Assembly: GCA_042571625.1 (NCBI GenBank)
Contig: JBHPFQ010000001.1
Location: forward strand, 1 to 55,526
DNA: 55,526 nucleotides
Direction: 5' to 3'
From: Patescibacteria group bacterium
GTDB lineage: Bacteria > Patescibacteriota > Minisyncoccia > Portnoybacterales > UBA2143
In this document: positions 17,993 to 27,611 of the stretch, piece by piece
How positions within the stretch are numbered: position 1 is the first letter of the stretch
Layout of the letters: each line of letters opens with the position of its first letter
Program-made: the position numbers and the translations under genes
The notes under the pieces: model-generated
The model's input: only the letters and a program-made list of their open reading frames with translations
Databases searched by the model: none
What the model was told of the DNA's origin: nothing

Positions 17993-19203
17993 TGTTTGCC
18001 GCCAATATATTTTTGCAAAACCTCTGGGATTCTAATACTTCCATCCTCTTGTTGATAATTTTCAATTATAGCGATAATTATTCTTCCAATTGCAAAAGCA
18101 GTTCCATTAACTGTATGAACAAATTTTAACCCATCTTTGCCTCTATAACGAATATCCAAACGCCTTGCCTGCCAATCTGTGCAATTACTAGTTGAATGAG
18201 TTTCACGATATTCATTAGAAGAAGGCATCCACGCTTCTATATCCCATTTTTTAGCTGCTGGATCACCTAAATCTCCTGAGCAAATATTAATTACTCTATA
18301 TGGAATTTTCAAAAGTTTCATTAATTTTTCTTCAATTTCTAAAAATAAAGTATGCTCTTCCTTGGATTTATCGGGATGACAAAAACTAAACATCTCTAAT
18401 TTATCAAACTGATGTACCCGTAAAATTCCTTTAGTATCTTTCCCATAAGCTCCTGCTTCTCTCCTAAAACAAGTAGAAAATCCAATATATCTAAGAGGCA
18501 AAATCTCTTCTTCAAACACTTCATTCATATACATCGCTCCAATTGATTGCTCGGAAGTTCCAACTAAATATAGCCCATCTTTCTCTAGAAAATAAACTTC
18601 ATCTTTTCCTCGATCTAAATACCCCATCCCTCTCATTGCTTTTTCTTTTAACATTACAGGAGGAATAACAGGTCTAAATCCATATTCTTTAGTTACATTC
18701 AAAGCCAACTGAGCTAAAGCAAATTCCAATAAAACTGCTTCATCTTTTAAATAGCCGAAACGTGTTCCACTAACTTTAGCAGCTCTCTCCACATCAATAA
18801 TATCCAATTTTTCTGCTATTTCTAAATAATCTTTTGGCTCAAAATCAAATTTTGGTTTTTCTCCTTGTTCTCTTAAGACTTTATTGTCATTATCATTCTT
18901 TCCTTCAATTACATCATCCAATGGCATATTTGGAATCTCTCTCATTAGATTATTAAATTCTTTTTCTACTGCTTCTAATTCTGGCTCAATCTTTTTTATG
19001 CTGATCTTAATCTCTTTAGCTTTTTCTTTATCGTCCCTGCCTAATTTATTTTTTTCTGATTTTAATGCCTCAACCTTTTGCAATAATTCCCTCCTTTTTT
19101 TATCCACTTCTAAAAGCAAATCAACATCGCAGTTGACCTGTTTCTTTCTACAGCCATCTTTAATTTTATCTATATTCTCTCTTATAAATTTAATATCTAA
19201 CAT
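17941..19203 (-). CDS. serS: serine--tRNA ligase
   Basis: 420 aa. MLDIKFIRENID start, coiled-coil arm, class II motifs (FRREAG, GTAFAIGR). Confidence 0.95.
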   Translation of the reverse strand: MLDIKFIRENIDKIKDGCRKKQVNCDVDLLLEVDKKRRELLQKVEALKSEKNKLGRDDKEKAKEIKISIKKIEPELEAVEKEFNNLMREIPNMPLDDVIEGKNDNDNKVLREQGEKPKFDFEPKDYLEIAEKLDIIDVERAAKVSGTRFGYLKDEAVLLEFALAQLALNVTKEYGFRPVIPPVMLKEKAMRGMGYLDRGKDEVYFLEKDGLYLVGTSEQSIGAMYMNEVFEEEILPLRYIGFSTCFRREAGAYGKDTKGILRVHQFDKLEMFSFCHPDKSKEEHTLFLEIEEKLMKLLKIPYRVINICSGDLGDPAAKKWDIEAWMPSSNEYRETHSTSNCTDWQARRLDIRYRGKDGLKFVHTVNGTAFAIGRIIIAIIENYQQEDGSIRIPEVLQKYIGGKQCIEKSLLEKKGDMSEK

Positions 19204-19207
19204 ATTT

Positions 19208-20521
19208 TTATTCTTTTGGTTTCATTAACGGAAACAAAATTATTTCCCTTAAACTATTAGAATCTGTTAACAAAGCCGCTAACCTGTCTATCCCCATTCC
19301 AAACCCTGCTGCTGGTGGCATACCATACTCCAACGCCTCAATAAAATCATGATCATACCTCTGTGCCTCCTCATCACCTTCTTGACGATTTTTTTCTTGC
19401 TCTTTAAATCTCCTATCCTGCTCTAATGGATTATTTAATTCAGAAAAAGCATTAACTATTTCAACTCCACCAACTACCAATTGAAACCTTTCTGTTTTTT
19501 TAGAATCATCTTTTAATTGTTTAGCTAATGGAGATATTTCTATAGGATGATGAACAATAAAAGTTGGATGAATAATTTTCTTAACCACTTCTTTCAACTC
19601 TTCATCATTGCTAGCTAAATCTGAAAATTCTTTAACTTCAAAAGATTTTTGAAAATCAATTTCGCTCTTAATCCCGCTTTGTTGAACAATATACCTAAAA
19701 AATTCTTCTGTAATTTTCATTAAATCATTATAATCAGCATATGCCCAATAAAATTCCAACATTGTAAAATCAGGATTATGTGATGAATCCAAGCCCTCAT
19801 TGCGAAAACACCTTCCAATTTCATAAACTTTCTCAAATCCTCCAACTAATAATCTTTTTAAATATAATTCAGGCGCTACGCGCAAATACAAATCAATATC
19901 TAAAGAATTATGATGCGTTTTAAATGGACGAGCTAATGCTCCGCCCGGAATAGTTTGTAAAATAGGAGTTTCTACCTCAACAAAATCTTTTTTATTTAAA
20001 AAATCTCTAATTGATTTAATGATCTTACTACGAATAAGAAATTTCTGCCTAACATCATTGTTCATTATCAAATCCAAATATCTCTTTCTAAATCTTTCTT
20101 CAACATCCTTAATCCCATGCCATTTTTCTGGCAAAGGTAATAAACTCTTTGACAACATCCTAAAATTTTTAACCAACAAAGTTTTTTCTTGTTTTTTTGT
20201 TAAAAATAAAATACCCTTAACTTCAATAAAATCTCCGATGTCAAAATTATCTTGGGAATATTTATATTCCTTTTCTCCAACTTCATCACGTTTAATATAT
20301 ATTTGAAATTTTGCCGTTCCATCTTCAATATTTCCAAACGCAGAACCGCCATGCTCTCTAATCGCTATTAAACGGCCAACTAAAATAAGCTCTTCCCCAT
20401 CATTAAAATCATCAATCGCCTGCTGGCAAGTATGAGTCTTATTAGTTTTGGATGGATAAGGATCCTTGATATTTTTTAATTTATCTATCCTTGCTTTTCT
20501 TATTTCTTCTATTGATGGCAT
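19208..20521 (-). CDS. lysS: lysine--tRNA ligase, class II (shortened)
   Basis: 437 aa. OB-fold N-terminus, FVEVETPIL, GRCFRNEG and GMGIDRL motifs. Confidence 0.9.
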   Translation of the reverse strand: MPSIEEIRKARIDKLKNIKDPYPSKTNKTHTCQQAIDDFNDGEELILVGRLIAIREHGGSAFGNIEDGTAKFQIYIKRDEVGEKEYKYSQDNFDIGDFIEVKGILFLTKKQEKTLLVKNFRMLSKSLLPLPEKWHGIKDVEERFRKRYLDLIMNNDVRQKFLIRSKIIKSIRDFLNKKDFVEVETPILQTIPGGALARPFKTHHNSLDIDLYLRVAPELYLKRLLVGGFEKVYEIGRCFRNEGLDSSHNPDFTMLEFYWAYADYNDLMKITEEFFRYIVQQSGIKSEIDFQKSFEVKEFSDLASNDEELKEVVKKIIHPTFIVHHPIEISPLAKQLKDDSKKTERFQLVVGGVEIVNAFSELNNPLEQDRRFKEQEKNRQEGDEEAQRYDHDFIEALEYGMPPAAGFGMGIDRLAALLTDSNSLREIILFPLMKPKE

Positions 20522-20528
20522 TTTAAAT

Positions 20529-20999
20529 TTATTTAATACTAATTATCTCATATCTCATCTTCCCTCTTGGAGTTTTTATTTCTATTTTATCTCCGATTTT
20601 TTTATCTAAAAATGCCTGACCCAAAGGCGATTCATTAGAAATTTTACCTTGCCCGGGATTTGCCTCATGAGAACCAACAATTGAAAAAACTTTTTTTTCT
20701 TTTTTACCAGCTCCAAGCATTAATTCAACCTCAATAACTGAACCCATCTGAACGATTCCTTTTTGTTTGCTACTAGAATCAATTAATTCTGCGTCCCTAA
20801 TAATATCTTCTAATTCCAAGATACGACCCTCATTAAAAGACTGCGCTTCTTTAGCGGAAGAATATTCAGCATTTTCCGACAAATCACCTAAAGATTTAGC
20901 TTCTTCAATTCTTTTAGCTATTTCTTTACGCTTTTTTGTTTTCCGATCATTTAATTCTTGCTCAAATTTTTTAAGTCCTTCAGATGAAATATATTTCAT
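20529..20999 (-). CDS. greA: transcription elongation factor GreA
   Basis: 156 aa. GDLSENAEYSSAKEAQ motif and typical length. Confidence 0.9.
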   Translation of the reverse strand: MKYISSEGLKKFEQELNDRKTKKRKEIAKRIEEAKSLGDLSENAEYSSAKEAQSFNEGRILELEDIIRDAELIDSSSKQKGIVQMGSVIEVELMLGAGKKEKKVFSIVGSHEANPGQGKISNESPLGQAFLDKKIGDKIEIKTPRGKMRYEIISIK

Positions 21000-21019
21000 A
21001 AAAATTAATTATTTTTTAA

Positions 21020-22954
21020 TTATTCCTCTTTATTAAAATACCATTCTAAAGCATCTTTGGCAACAGGAACAGCTGCTTCATGCCCCTCCCCTCCTTCTTC
21101 TATTAAAATAGTCAAAACAATCTGCGGATCTTCATATGGAGCAAAACCAACAAACCATGAATGCATCTGATCGGTTCCAAATTGCGCTGTTCCAGTCTTG
21201 CCAGCAACTTTTATAGATAAATTACTCATTGAGCAAGCCGATCCTGATATTACTGCCTTTCTCATTCCTTTTTTAACAACGTTCAAATTATCATAACTAA
21301 TAAAATTGTCTCTAACAACAACAGGAGAAATATCTTTAAATTCTCCGCTATCTAAATTAATAATTTTGTCAACTAATTGAGGCTGATATAAAATTCCTCC
21401 GTTTGCAATAGCTGATATTGATGATGCCATCTGAATTGGCGTAACTAAAATATCTCCCTGTCCAATAGACGCATGATAAGTATCACCCAAATTCCATTCT
21501 TCATCCGGCTTATTGCTTTTTTTCCATTCCTCATCAGGAATTAAACCAGCAGATTTATTAGGTAAATCTATATTAGTTAACTGACCTAAACCAAAATATT
21601 GAAGGTATTCTTTAATCCTATCCATCCCAAGACCTTCAACTTTATCATACCCTCCACCTATAGTATAAAAAAACACATTGCACGACTGGGCTATAGCTTC
21701 TATTATATCAATAAATCCATGCGTTTTCCAATCTGGAAATTTATAAATTATTTCAGGACTATATTTATTCGCAATGCTAATTAATCCAGTACAATTTATT
21801 TTCTGACTAGGCGATATAATATTTTCTTCTAAAGCAGCAGCCGCTATAAGCGGTTTAATTATTGATCCAGAAGGATATTGTCCAGATATAGCCCTATTCA
21901 AAAATGGCTGGTTGGGATCGTTTCCCAATCTATCCAAATCTTCTTTAGAAATTCCGCGTGAAAATAAGTTATTATCAAAACTCGGGAAATTAACTAAAGC
22001 TAGAACTCCTCCATCGCGAGGATCCATAGCCACTCCAACTGCCCTTTTAAGCTTAAGCTTATTAAGCATCTCTTTAATTAACTGATAAAGTTTAATTTGC
22101 AAATCTTTATCAATATGAGTAACTAAGCTTTCTCCTGGCAAAGCTGGTTCAACAGAAATTAAATTTAACTTTTCGCCCACTGAATTTACTTCAACATTCC
22201 TTCCGCCATAAATTCCTCTGAGTATGCCTTCATACTGCAATTCCAAACCCATTTTTCCGATCTTATCACTAAGAAAATAATCTGGATATTTTTCTAAATC
22301 TCCGAATCCGATATCTCCAGTATATCCCAAAATATGCGAAAAATAGGATGAATCAATATATTCTCGAACAATACTTTTTTCCACGCGCGCTCCCATCCAT
22401 TCAACAGATAAAGCTTCTAACGCCAGCGCTGAATCTTTTTCAATATCCTTCAATAAAATCAACTGACTAAATTCGTCTTTTGCTTGTTCTATTTTCTGTA
22501 CTAAATCCTCTAATAAAATCTCATTTTCTTCTTTAGAAACAATATTAACTATTTTTTCTAAAATCTCTTTTTGCTTAAATTCATCATTATCTAAAAAGTC
22601 CACGATATCTATTACTAAATTAAAACTTAACACATTGTATACTAATGGATTTTCATTTGTATCATAAATTATACCGCGAGGAGCAACTATCGGATAATGC
22701 CTTAACTTATTTCCCTGAGCAAGTTTCTTATAATGCTCTCCATTAATAACTTGTAAATAACCAGCTCTGCATAAAAGACTAAATAAACAAACAACAACAA
22801 TAAAATAAAATAAAATAAAATTGCGCTTTTTAATCGGCTGTTCCATCTTACCTTTTTCTTCTATCGCTCGCGCTGCTTCAGCATCTAAAAACACTTCTTC
22901 TGCCTCAATGCTTTCGCCGACTTTATTCTTTATAAAGTATTTTTTTAAACCCAT
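21020..22954 (-). CDS. mrdA: penicillin-binding protein 2 (transpeptidase)
   Basis: 644 aa. N-terminal TM, SGSIIKP (SxxK), an SxN-like motif and KTGTAQ. Located after mreC-mreD. Confidence 0.85.
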   Translation of the reverse strand: MGLKKYFIKNKVGESIEAEEVFLDAEAARAIEEKGKMEQPIKKRNFILFYFIVVVCLFSLLCRAGYLQVINGEHYKKLAQGNKLRHYPIVAPRGIIYDTNENPLVYNVLSFNLVIDIVDFLDNDEFKQKEILEKIVNIVSKEENEILLEDLVQKIEQAKDEFSQLILLKDIEKDSALALEALSVEWMGARVEKSIVREYIDSSYFSHILGYTGDIGFGDLEKYPDYFLSDKIGKMGLELQYEGILRGIYGGRNVEVNSVGEKLNLISVEPALPGESLVTHIDKDLQIKLYQLIKEMLNKLKLKRAVGVAMDPRDGGVLALVNFPSFDNNLFSRGISKEDLDRLGNDPNQPFLNRAISGQYPSGSIIKPLIAAAALEENIISPSQKINCTGLISIANKYSPEIIYKFPDWKTHGFIDIIEAIAQSCNVFFYTIGGGYDKVEGLGMDRIKEYLQYFGLGQLTNIDLPNKSAGLIPDEEWKKSNKPDEEWNLGDTYHASIGQGDILVTPIQMASSISAIANGGILYQPQLVDKIINLDSGEFKDISPVVVRDNFISYDNLNVVKKGMRKAVISGSACSMSNLSIKVAGKTGTAQFGTDQMHSWFVGFAPYEDPQIVLTILIEEGGEGHEAAVPVAKDALEWYFNKEE

Positions 22955-23393
22955 ATAGAAAAGCTAATATTACTAAATTATATAACGATTCAATAAATAA
23001 ATATTTAAAATTCAAGATTGAATCTCCTTGGAATATTCTAATAGAAAAATATAATAGCGCGCCATAAATCATTGTACCAACAATAATTAAAATAGAAAAA
23101 ATCCAGAATTTTAATACAGAAAAAATTTTAACGTTTAACAAGCTAATTATATATACTGTTGTTACAAGGCATAAACTGGATAATCCAAATAAATGGCTTG
23201 AAAACAAATCTAATAACAGGCCAGCAAAAATTATCCATTTCCACGATTTATCAAATTTCTCTAATATAGATATGAATAAGGCTAAAACCAAAACCAAATT
23301 AGGCACAACTCCATAAAATAAAAAAAATGGAGCAACAGAGAATTGCAAAATTATTGCTAATATTAATCCCAAAACGATGAGAATATTTTTCAT
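22923..23393 (-). CDS. mreD: rod shape-determining protein MreD
   Basis: 156 aa, polytopic. Sits between mreC and mrdA. Confidence 0.6.
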   Translation of the reverse strand: MKNILIVLGLILAIILQFSVAPFFLFYGVVPNLVLVLALFISILEKFDKSWKWIIFAGLLLDLFSSHLFGLSSLCLVTTVYIISLLNVKIFSVLKFWIFSILIIVGTMIYGALLYFSIRIFQGDSILNFKYLFIESLYNLVILAFLYGFKKILYKE

Positions 23394-23400
23394 AAAATAC

Positions 23401-24195
23401 CTAATTCTTAATCACAAATACTTTTTTTAATGTTAAAAAATTAATTATTGGATCTATTTTTGCTTTTTGAAACACTTGTGCGTCATTAGAAACAACTTTC
23501 TTTATCTTGCCAATTAACAATCCCATTGGAAAAACTCCAGCCAATCCAGAAGTAATAACAAAATCATCATCCTCGATATTTTCACCCTGAGAAATAAAAT
23601 CAATTATTATATTTCCTTCTTCACCATGCACCAATCCAATAATTTCAGATCCTTGTATTATAGCGTTAACTCTAATATTTCCGTCTGTAATTAATTGAAC
23701 TTTTGAAAAAGAATCCATAGCTTCAACAACTTTACCAATCAAAATATTCCCAGATGCGACAACTGCCATTTTATCTTCAATGCCATCCTTACTTCCTCTA
23801 TTAATAAATAAATGTTTACTATCTCCGTATAAATCTTGACCTATTATGCTAGCTAATACTAATTGTCTTTCTTCGTCAATTGATAAATTTAATTGCTCTT
23901 TTAAAATTTCATTTTCCCTAACAACTTCATTAAATTGAACTAATTTTCCTAAAACAAGCTGATTCTCATCCCTCAATTCAATATTTTCTTCCATAACGCT
24001 TTTTAATGAAACAAAAAAAGAAATAGAACTATGAGCATCCGAAAAAGTACTATAAAAAAAATTTTGGACTGGCCCAATTAAATTAAAAAAATAATCTTTT
24101 GGCTTATCTATCCATCCACGACCATTAACAAAAATCAATAAGCTAATAATTAATATTGATAGTATGATTGGCTTTAATAAAGATTTTTTCGCCAT
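23401..24195 (-). CDS. mreC: rod shape-determining protein MreC
   Basis: N-terminal TM, coiled coil (ENIELRDEN...LKEQL), and a beta-domain with GLLIGKI. Start moved to the ATG (MAKKSLL); the track start is a GTG. Confidence 0.8.
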   Translation of the reverse strand: MAKKSLLKPIILSILIISLLIFVNGRGWIDKPKDYFFNLIGPVQNFFYSTFSDAHSSISFFVSLKSVMEENIELRDENQLVLGKLVQFNEVVRENEILKEQLNLSIDEERQLVLASIIGQDLYGDSKHLFINRGSKDGIEDKMAVVASGNILIGKVVEAMDSFSKVQLITDGNIRVNAIIQGSEIIGLVHGEEGNIIIDFISQGENIEDDDFVITSGLAGVFPMGLLIGKIKKVVSNDAQVFQKAKIDPIINFLTLKKVFVIKN

Positions 24196-24289
24196 TTTTA
24201 AAATTATTTTATCATAATGAGAAGAATTATTAAAGCCCACTGTGAATAAACAGAGGGCTTTAATAATTTATTTGCTCTATTTCCGCCTT

Positions 24290-24487
24290 TTAGTTTGAAT
24301 CTTCTGATGATTGAGAAGAATCTTGATTTTCTGGAGCTGCTGGAGATTCTATAGGTTCTGAGGATTCCGGAGATGAATCTTGCATTGGCGTATCAAGAGT
24401 TTCTTCGTCATCTCCTTTTCCTTTTTTCATAAGGATTACTGCGGCGATAATAATAACGAGCACAATTAATATATATACGTACGTCAT
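24290..24487 (-). CDS. small membrane-anchored acidic protein (65 aa), hypothetical
   Basis: AAAGGAGA RBS directly before the ATG of MTYVYILIVLVIIIAAVIL. Acidic Ser/Glu/Pro-rich tail. Confidence 0.45.
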   Translation of the reverse strand: MTYVYILIVLVIIIAAVILMKKGKGDDEETLDTPMQDSSPESSEPIESPAAPENQDSSQSSEDSN

Positions 24488-24532
24488 ATTTTTATCTCCT
24501 TTCAATATTATTATACACTAAATTAAAATAAA

Positions 24533-25822
24533 TCAAAACTCAATCTCTGTGGATAACCTCCAAACGTCTCCTGCCCCAATAGTTAGAACAATGTCTCCAG
24601 ATACGCATCGCTTTTTTAACAACTCAACTGACTGCTTAATAGTTGGAGAGTAGATTGAACCTCTGATTAATTTTACTAAATCCAAAGAATGTATATTGCC
24701 TTCTTGCTCGCGAACAGAACCATTAATATCTAGAATAATAACCTCATCTGCTTGCTTAAATGATTTAGCAAAATCATTTAATAATGCCTTTGTCCTGCTA
24801 AAAGTATGTGGCTGAAAAACAGCCCAGATTCTATTTTTTGGATAGTATTCCTTAGCCGCCTGTAAAACAGCTTTAATCTCACTTGGATGATGAGCAAAAT
24901 CATCAATAAATATAATTCCATTAATTTTCTTTTTGAATTCAAATCTCCTACTAATTCCAGAAAAACTCTCTAATGATTTTTTAATAATATTTTTTTCTAT
25001 GCCTAATTTCAAAGCTGTTTCCATTACTGCTTTAGCATTTAATTGATTATGCTTTCCTGGAATATTTAATTTAATTCTTTCTTTTGTAAGATCATATCTG
25101 ATAACCTCGCAATTAGCTTTTGAAAATAATTTATCTAACTCTTTATCAGGGCCAGCAATAATAAATCCATTTTTAGGAATTCTCTGAATTATCTCGATAA
25201 ACGATTTTTTATAATCCTTAAAATTTTTAAAAAAATCTGGATGATCATATTCAACATTATTCAAAACTAATACCTTCGACCAATAGTTCAAAAAATTATC
25301 TCTGTATTCGTCAGCTTCAACAACTAAGTATTTTGATTTTCCAACTCTAGCGTTGCTCTCCCATTGGACCGCGCGCGCGCCGATTACCACGGTCGGATCT
25401 AATCCAGCCGATTCTAATACTAATCCAAGCATAGCTGTTGTTGTGCTCTTTCCATGCGTACCAGCTACAGCAATTCCATATTTATTTTTAAAAAGCATTC
25501 CTATGGCCTGCGCATAAGTTAAAACAGGAATTTTTCTATTAATAATTTCTTTAATTTCTATATTATTCTGAATTTTCTTTTCTGGATTATAATAAGCTGC
25601 CGACGAAACAGTTATATCAATGTCTGATGGAATATTTTTTACATCAAATTTTTCAATTACTCTTATTCCTAACTTTCTTAAAACTTCATCAGTATAAAAC
25701 TTCTCGTTTGTATCAGACCCACTAATCTCAATTCCCATTCCCTGAAAAATCTGCGCAAGCGCAGTCATCCCACCTCCTTTTATCCCGACAAAATATGCTT
25801 TTTTTATATTATTTAAAATCAT
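24533..25822 (-). CDS. murC: UDP-N-acetylmuramate--L-alanine ligase
   Basis: 429 aa. FVGIKGGGMTALA, GTHGKSTTT and DDFAHHPSE motifs. Confidence 0.9.
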   Translation of the reverse strand: MILNNIKKAYFVGIKGGGMTALAQIFQGMGIEISGSDTNEKFYTDEVLRKLGIRVIEKFDVKNIPSDIDITVSSAAYYNPEKKIQNNIEIKEIINRKIPVLTYAQAIGMLFKNKYGIAVAGTHGKSTTTAMLGLVLESAGLDPTVVIGARAVQWESNARVGKSKYLVVEADEYRDNFLNYWSKVLVLNNVEYDHPDFFKNFKDYKKSFIEIIQRIPKNGFIIAGPDKELDKLFSKANCEVIRYDLTKERIKLNIPGKHNQLNAKAVMETALKLGIEKNIIKKSLESFSGISRRFEFKKKINGIIFIDDFAHHPSEIKAVLQAAKEYYPKNRIWAVFQPHTFSRTKALLNDFAKSFKQADEVIILDINGSVREQEGNIHSLDLVKLIRGSIYSPTIKQSVELLKKRCVSGDIVLTIGAGDVWRLSTEIEF

Positions 25823-26498
25823 ATAATCGTTCTTTTATTACTAATAATGGAAAAACTATCACCGCGTTGAAAATTCTTCCAAAACGCTTTGGCTGAAGAA
25901 TCAAACGCCACGCCCATTCTAATCCCAAAATTCGCAAAATTTTTGGAGCGCGCTTTATTCTACCAGAAATAAAATCAAAAGCTCCGCCAACTCCAATAGC
26001 TAATTTCACCTGTGGCATTTTTGGCAAATTTTCAACAATCCATTTTTCTTGCTTTGGCGCTCCTAAAGCAACAAAAAGAATTGCTGGCTGTATTTTTATA
26101 TTATCTTGGAAAACTCCAACTTTAAGATTAGCATATCTTCTTTTCAAATTATCTACTGTTTTTTCAGCTACGCCCAATTCTCCGCCGAACAAAGAAACTA
26201 GCCAGTTTTTTTGTTCGGCTTGTTTGCAAATATCTTCCATCAAATCAATTCCTGTTATTTTATGCTTTAAATCTCCGCCTGAAAACCAAGAAGCAAAAAT
26301 CAATCCAATCCCATCAGCTATTGCTAAATCCGCCTGATTAAGAATTTGCTTAAAATCAATATCTTTTTGCGCTTTAACAATAAATTCTGGATTAGGCGTA
26401 ACAATATAATGTTGTTCATCATCCAACATAAATCGCCCAACATTATTCAAAACTTGCTCTTTTGTTAAATTATCAATTTTTATGCCAAGAATATTCAT
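25809..26498 (-). CDS. WecB/TagA/CpsF family glycosyltransferase
   Basis: 229 aa. IVTPNPEFIV, LALGAPKQEKW and a C-terminal GLEWAWRL motif. Confidence 0.85.
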   Translation of the reverse strand: MNILGIKIDNLTKEQVLNNVGRFMLDDEQHYIVTPNPEFIVKAQKDIDFKQILNQADLAIADGIGLIFASWFSGGDLKHKITGIDLMEDICKQAEQKNWLVSLFGGELGVAEKTVDNLKRRYANLKVGVFQDNIKIQPAILFVALGAPKQEKWIVENLPKMPQVKLAIGVGGAFDFISGRIKRAPKILRILGLEWAWRLILQPKRFGRIFNAVIVFPLLVIKERLYDFK

Positions 26499-26521
26499 TT
26501 ATATTAATTTCTTTAAATTAT

Positions 26522-26650
26522 AAATACATTCTTTTTGTCATTTCGACCGAAGCGAACGCAGTGAGCGAAGTGGAGAAATCTCATACTTATCGTTTGTCAG
26601 AGATCCCTCGACTCGCTACGCTCGCTCGGAATGACAAATCGAAAGTATTT
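26522..26650. repeat. GC-rich imperfect palindrome (long hairpin element)
   Basis: Left arm aaatac..ttgtcatttcgaccgaagcgaacgcagtgagcgaagtggagaaatctc. Right arm gagatccctcgactcgctacgctcgctcggaatgacaaa..gtattt. The arms are imperfect reverse complements. Confidence 0.6.
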
Positions 26651-26712
26651 CGTAATTTAATATAATTATAATCCATTGCCCTAAAAATAAAAAATGATAT
26701 ACTATATTATAG

Positions 26713-27381
26713 ATGAATAATAAGAAAATATCTAAAATCTTATATGATATAGGAAGGCTTTTAGAAATAAAAGGAGTAAAATTTAAACCAAAAGCTTATC
26801 AAAAAGCAGCACAAGTTTTAGAAAGCTTAAAAGAAGATGTGATTGCCATCCATGAAAAACAAGGATTAAAGGGATTAAAAAAAATCCCCGGCATAGGTAA
26901 AAGTATTGCAGAAAAGATTGAAGAATATATTAAAAAAGGAAAAATAAAATACTACGAAAAATTAAAGAAAGAAACCGCAATTCAACAAATTATCACTTAT
27001 TTTTTTGAAACGAAAGGACTAAGTTTAGATGAAATTAAAAATAATGCTAAGAAAAAAAAGATTGTTTATTCAAGATATACCCGTCCAGCCAAACAACTTT
27101 TAGAATTAGCTGGAGATATTAGAAAATCTAAGCAAGCTATCAACAAAGTAGCTAAATGGGCAAAATCAAGAAATTTGGACTATGCTATTGAAACTGTGTT
27201 CAAAAAGTGGTTAGAATTAGATATGCTGAAACCGAAAGAAATAATTAAAAAGCCATTTTTCCAAAACGACCCTATGGTATGGTCGGCAACAAAGAAAAAA
27301 TGGTTTGTAATTAATCAAGATGGAGAATGGCTAGAATTCGTTGGGGAAGAAAAAGAAATAGAATGGAAAATGGTTAAATAA
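26713..27381 (+). CDS. helix-hairpin-helix protein resembling the PolX N-terminal 8-kDa/HhH region, unknown C-terminal half
   Basis: 222 aa. NKKISKILYDIGRLLEIKGVKFKPKAYQKAAQVLESL ... LKKIPGIGKSIAEKIEEYI resembles the start of family X polymerases. No polymerase palm motifs follow. Confidence 0.45.
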   Translation: MNNKKISKILYDIGRLLEIKGVKFKPKAYQKAAQVLESLKEDVIAIHEKQGLKGLKKIPGIGKSIAEKIEEYIKKGKIKYYEKLKKETAIQQIITYFFETKGLSLDEIKNNAKKKKIVYSRYTRPAKQLLELAGDIRKSKQAINKVAKWAKSRNLDYAIETVFKKWLELDMLKPKEIIKKPFFQNDPMVWSATKKKWFVINQDGEWLEFVGEEKEIEWKMVK

Positions 27382-27386
27382 AAAAA

Positions 27387-27417
27387 GCTCTCGCGAGATG
27401 ATTTATCTCGCGAGAGC
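27387..27417. terminator. bidirectional terminator hairpin
   Basis: gctctcgcgaga (27387-27398) pairs with tctcgcgagagc (27406-27417). An A run precedes it. Confidence 0.65.
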
Positions 27418-27585
27418 AGAAGCCGATATTATTCTATCTAATTTAAAAATAAAATCAATAACCTGATCCTTCTCTAAATATTTACAATATATGCAACTTC
27501 TTTTTACAACATTATCTTTCTTCCCTTTTACACACTTTTTCTTACCACATTTAAGCGTAACAAACGCTTTTGGAATATTATTCAT
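27403..27585 (-). CDS. small Cys-containing protein (60 aa), hypothetical
   Basis: GGAGA RBS before the ATG of MNNIPKAFVTLKCGKKKCVKGKK...CIYCKY (four Cys, possible zinc ribbon). The 3' end overlaps the terminator hairpin, so the call is weak. Confidence 0.3.
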   Translation of the reverse strand: MNNIPKAFVTLKCGKKKCVKGKKDNVVKRSCIYCKYLEKDQVIDFIFKLDRIISASALAR

Positions 27586-27611
27586 TATTATCTCCAATTA
27601 TAAAGAACTAT

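Noticed and set aside
23401-24533. Absence of mreB upstream of mreC as a meaningful loss
   Set aside because: Only a small acidic membrane protein and murC lie upstream. mreB may be encoded elsewhere, so this cannot be judged from one window.
26462-26665. Track ORF 26462..26665+ (67 aa)
   Set aside because: It is generated by the GC-rich imperfect palindrome, starts inside the tagA-family gene on the opposite strand, and has no RBS.
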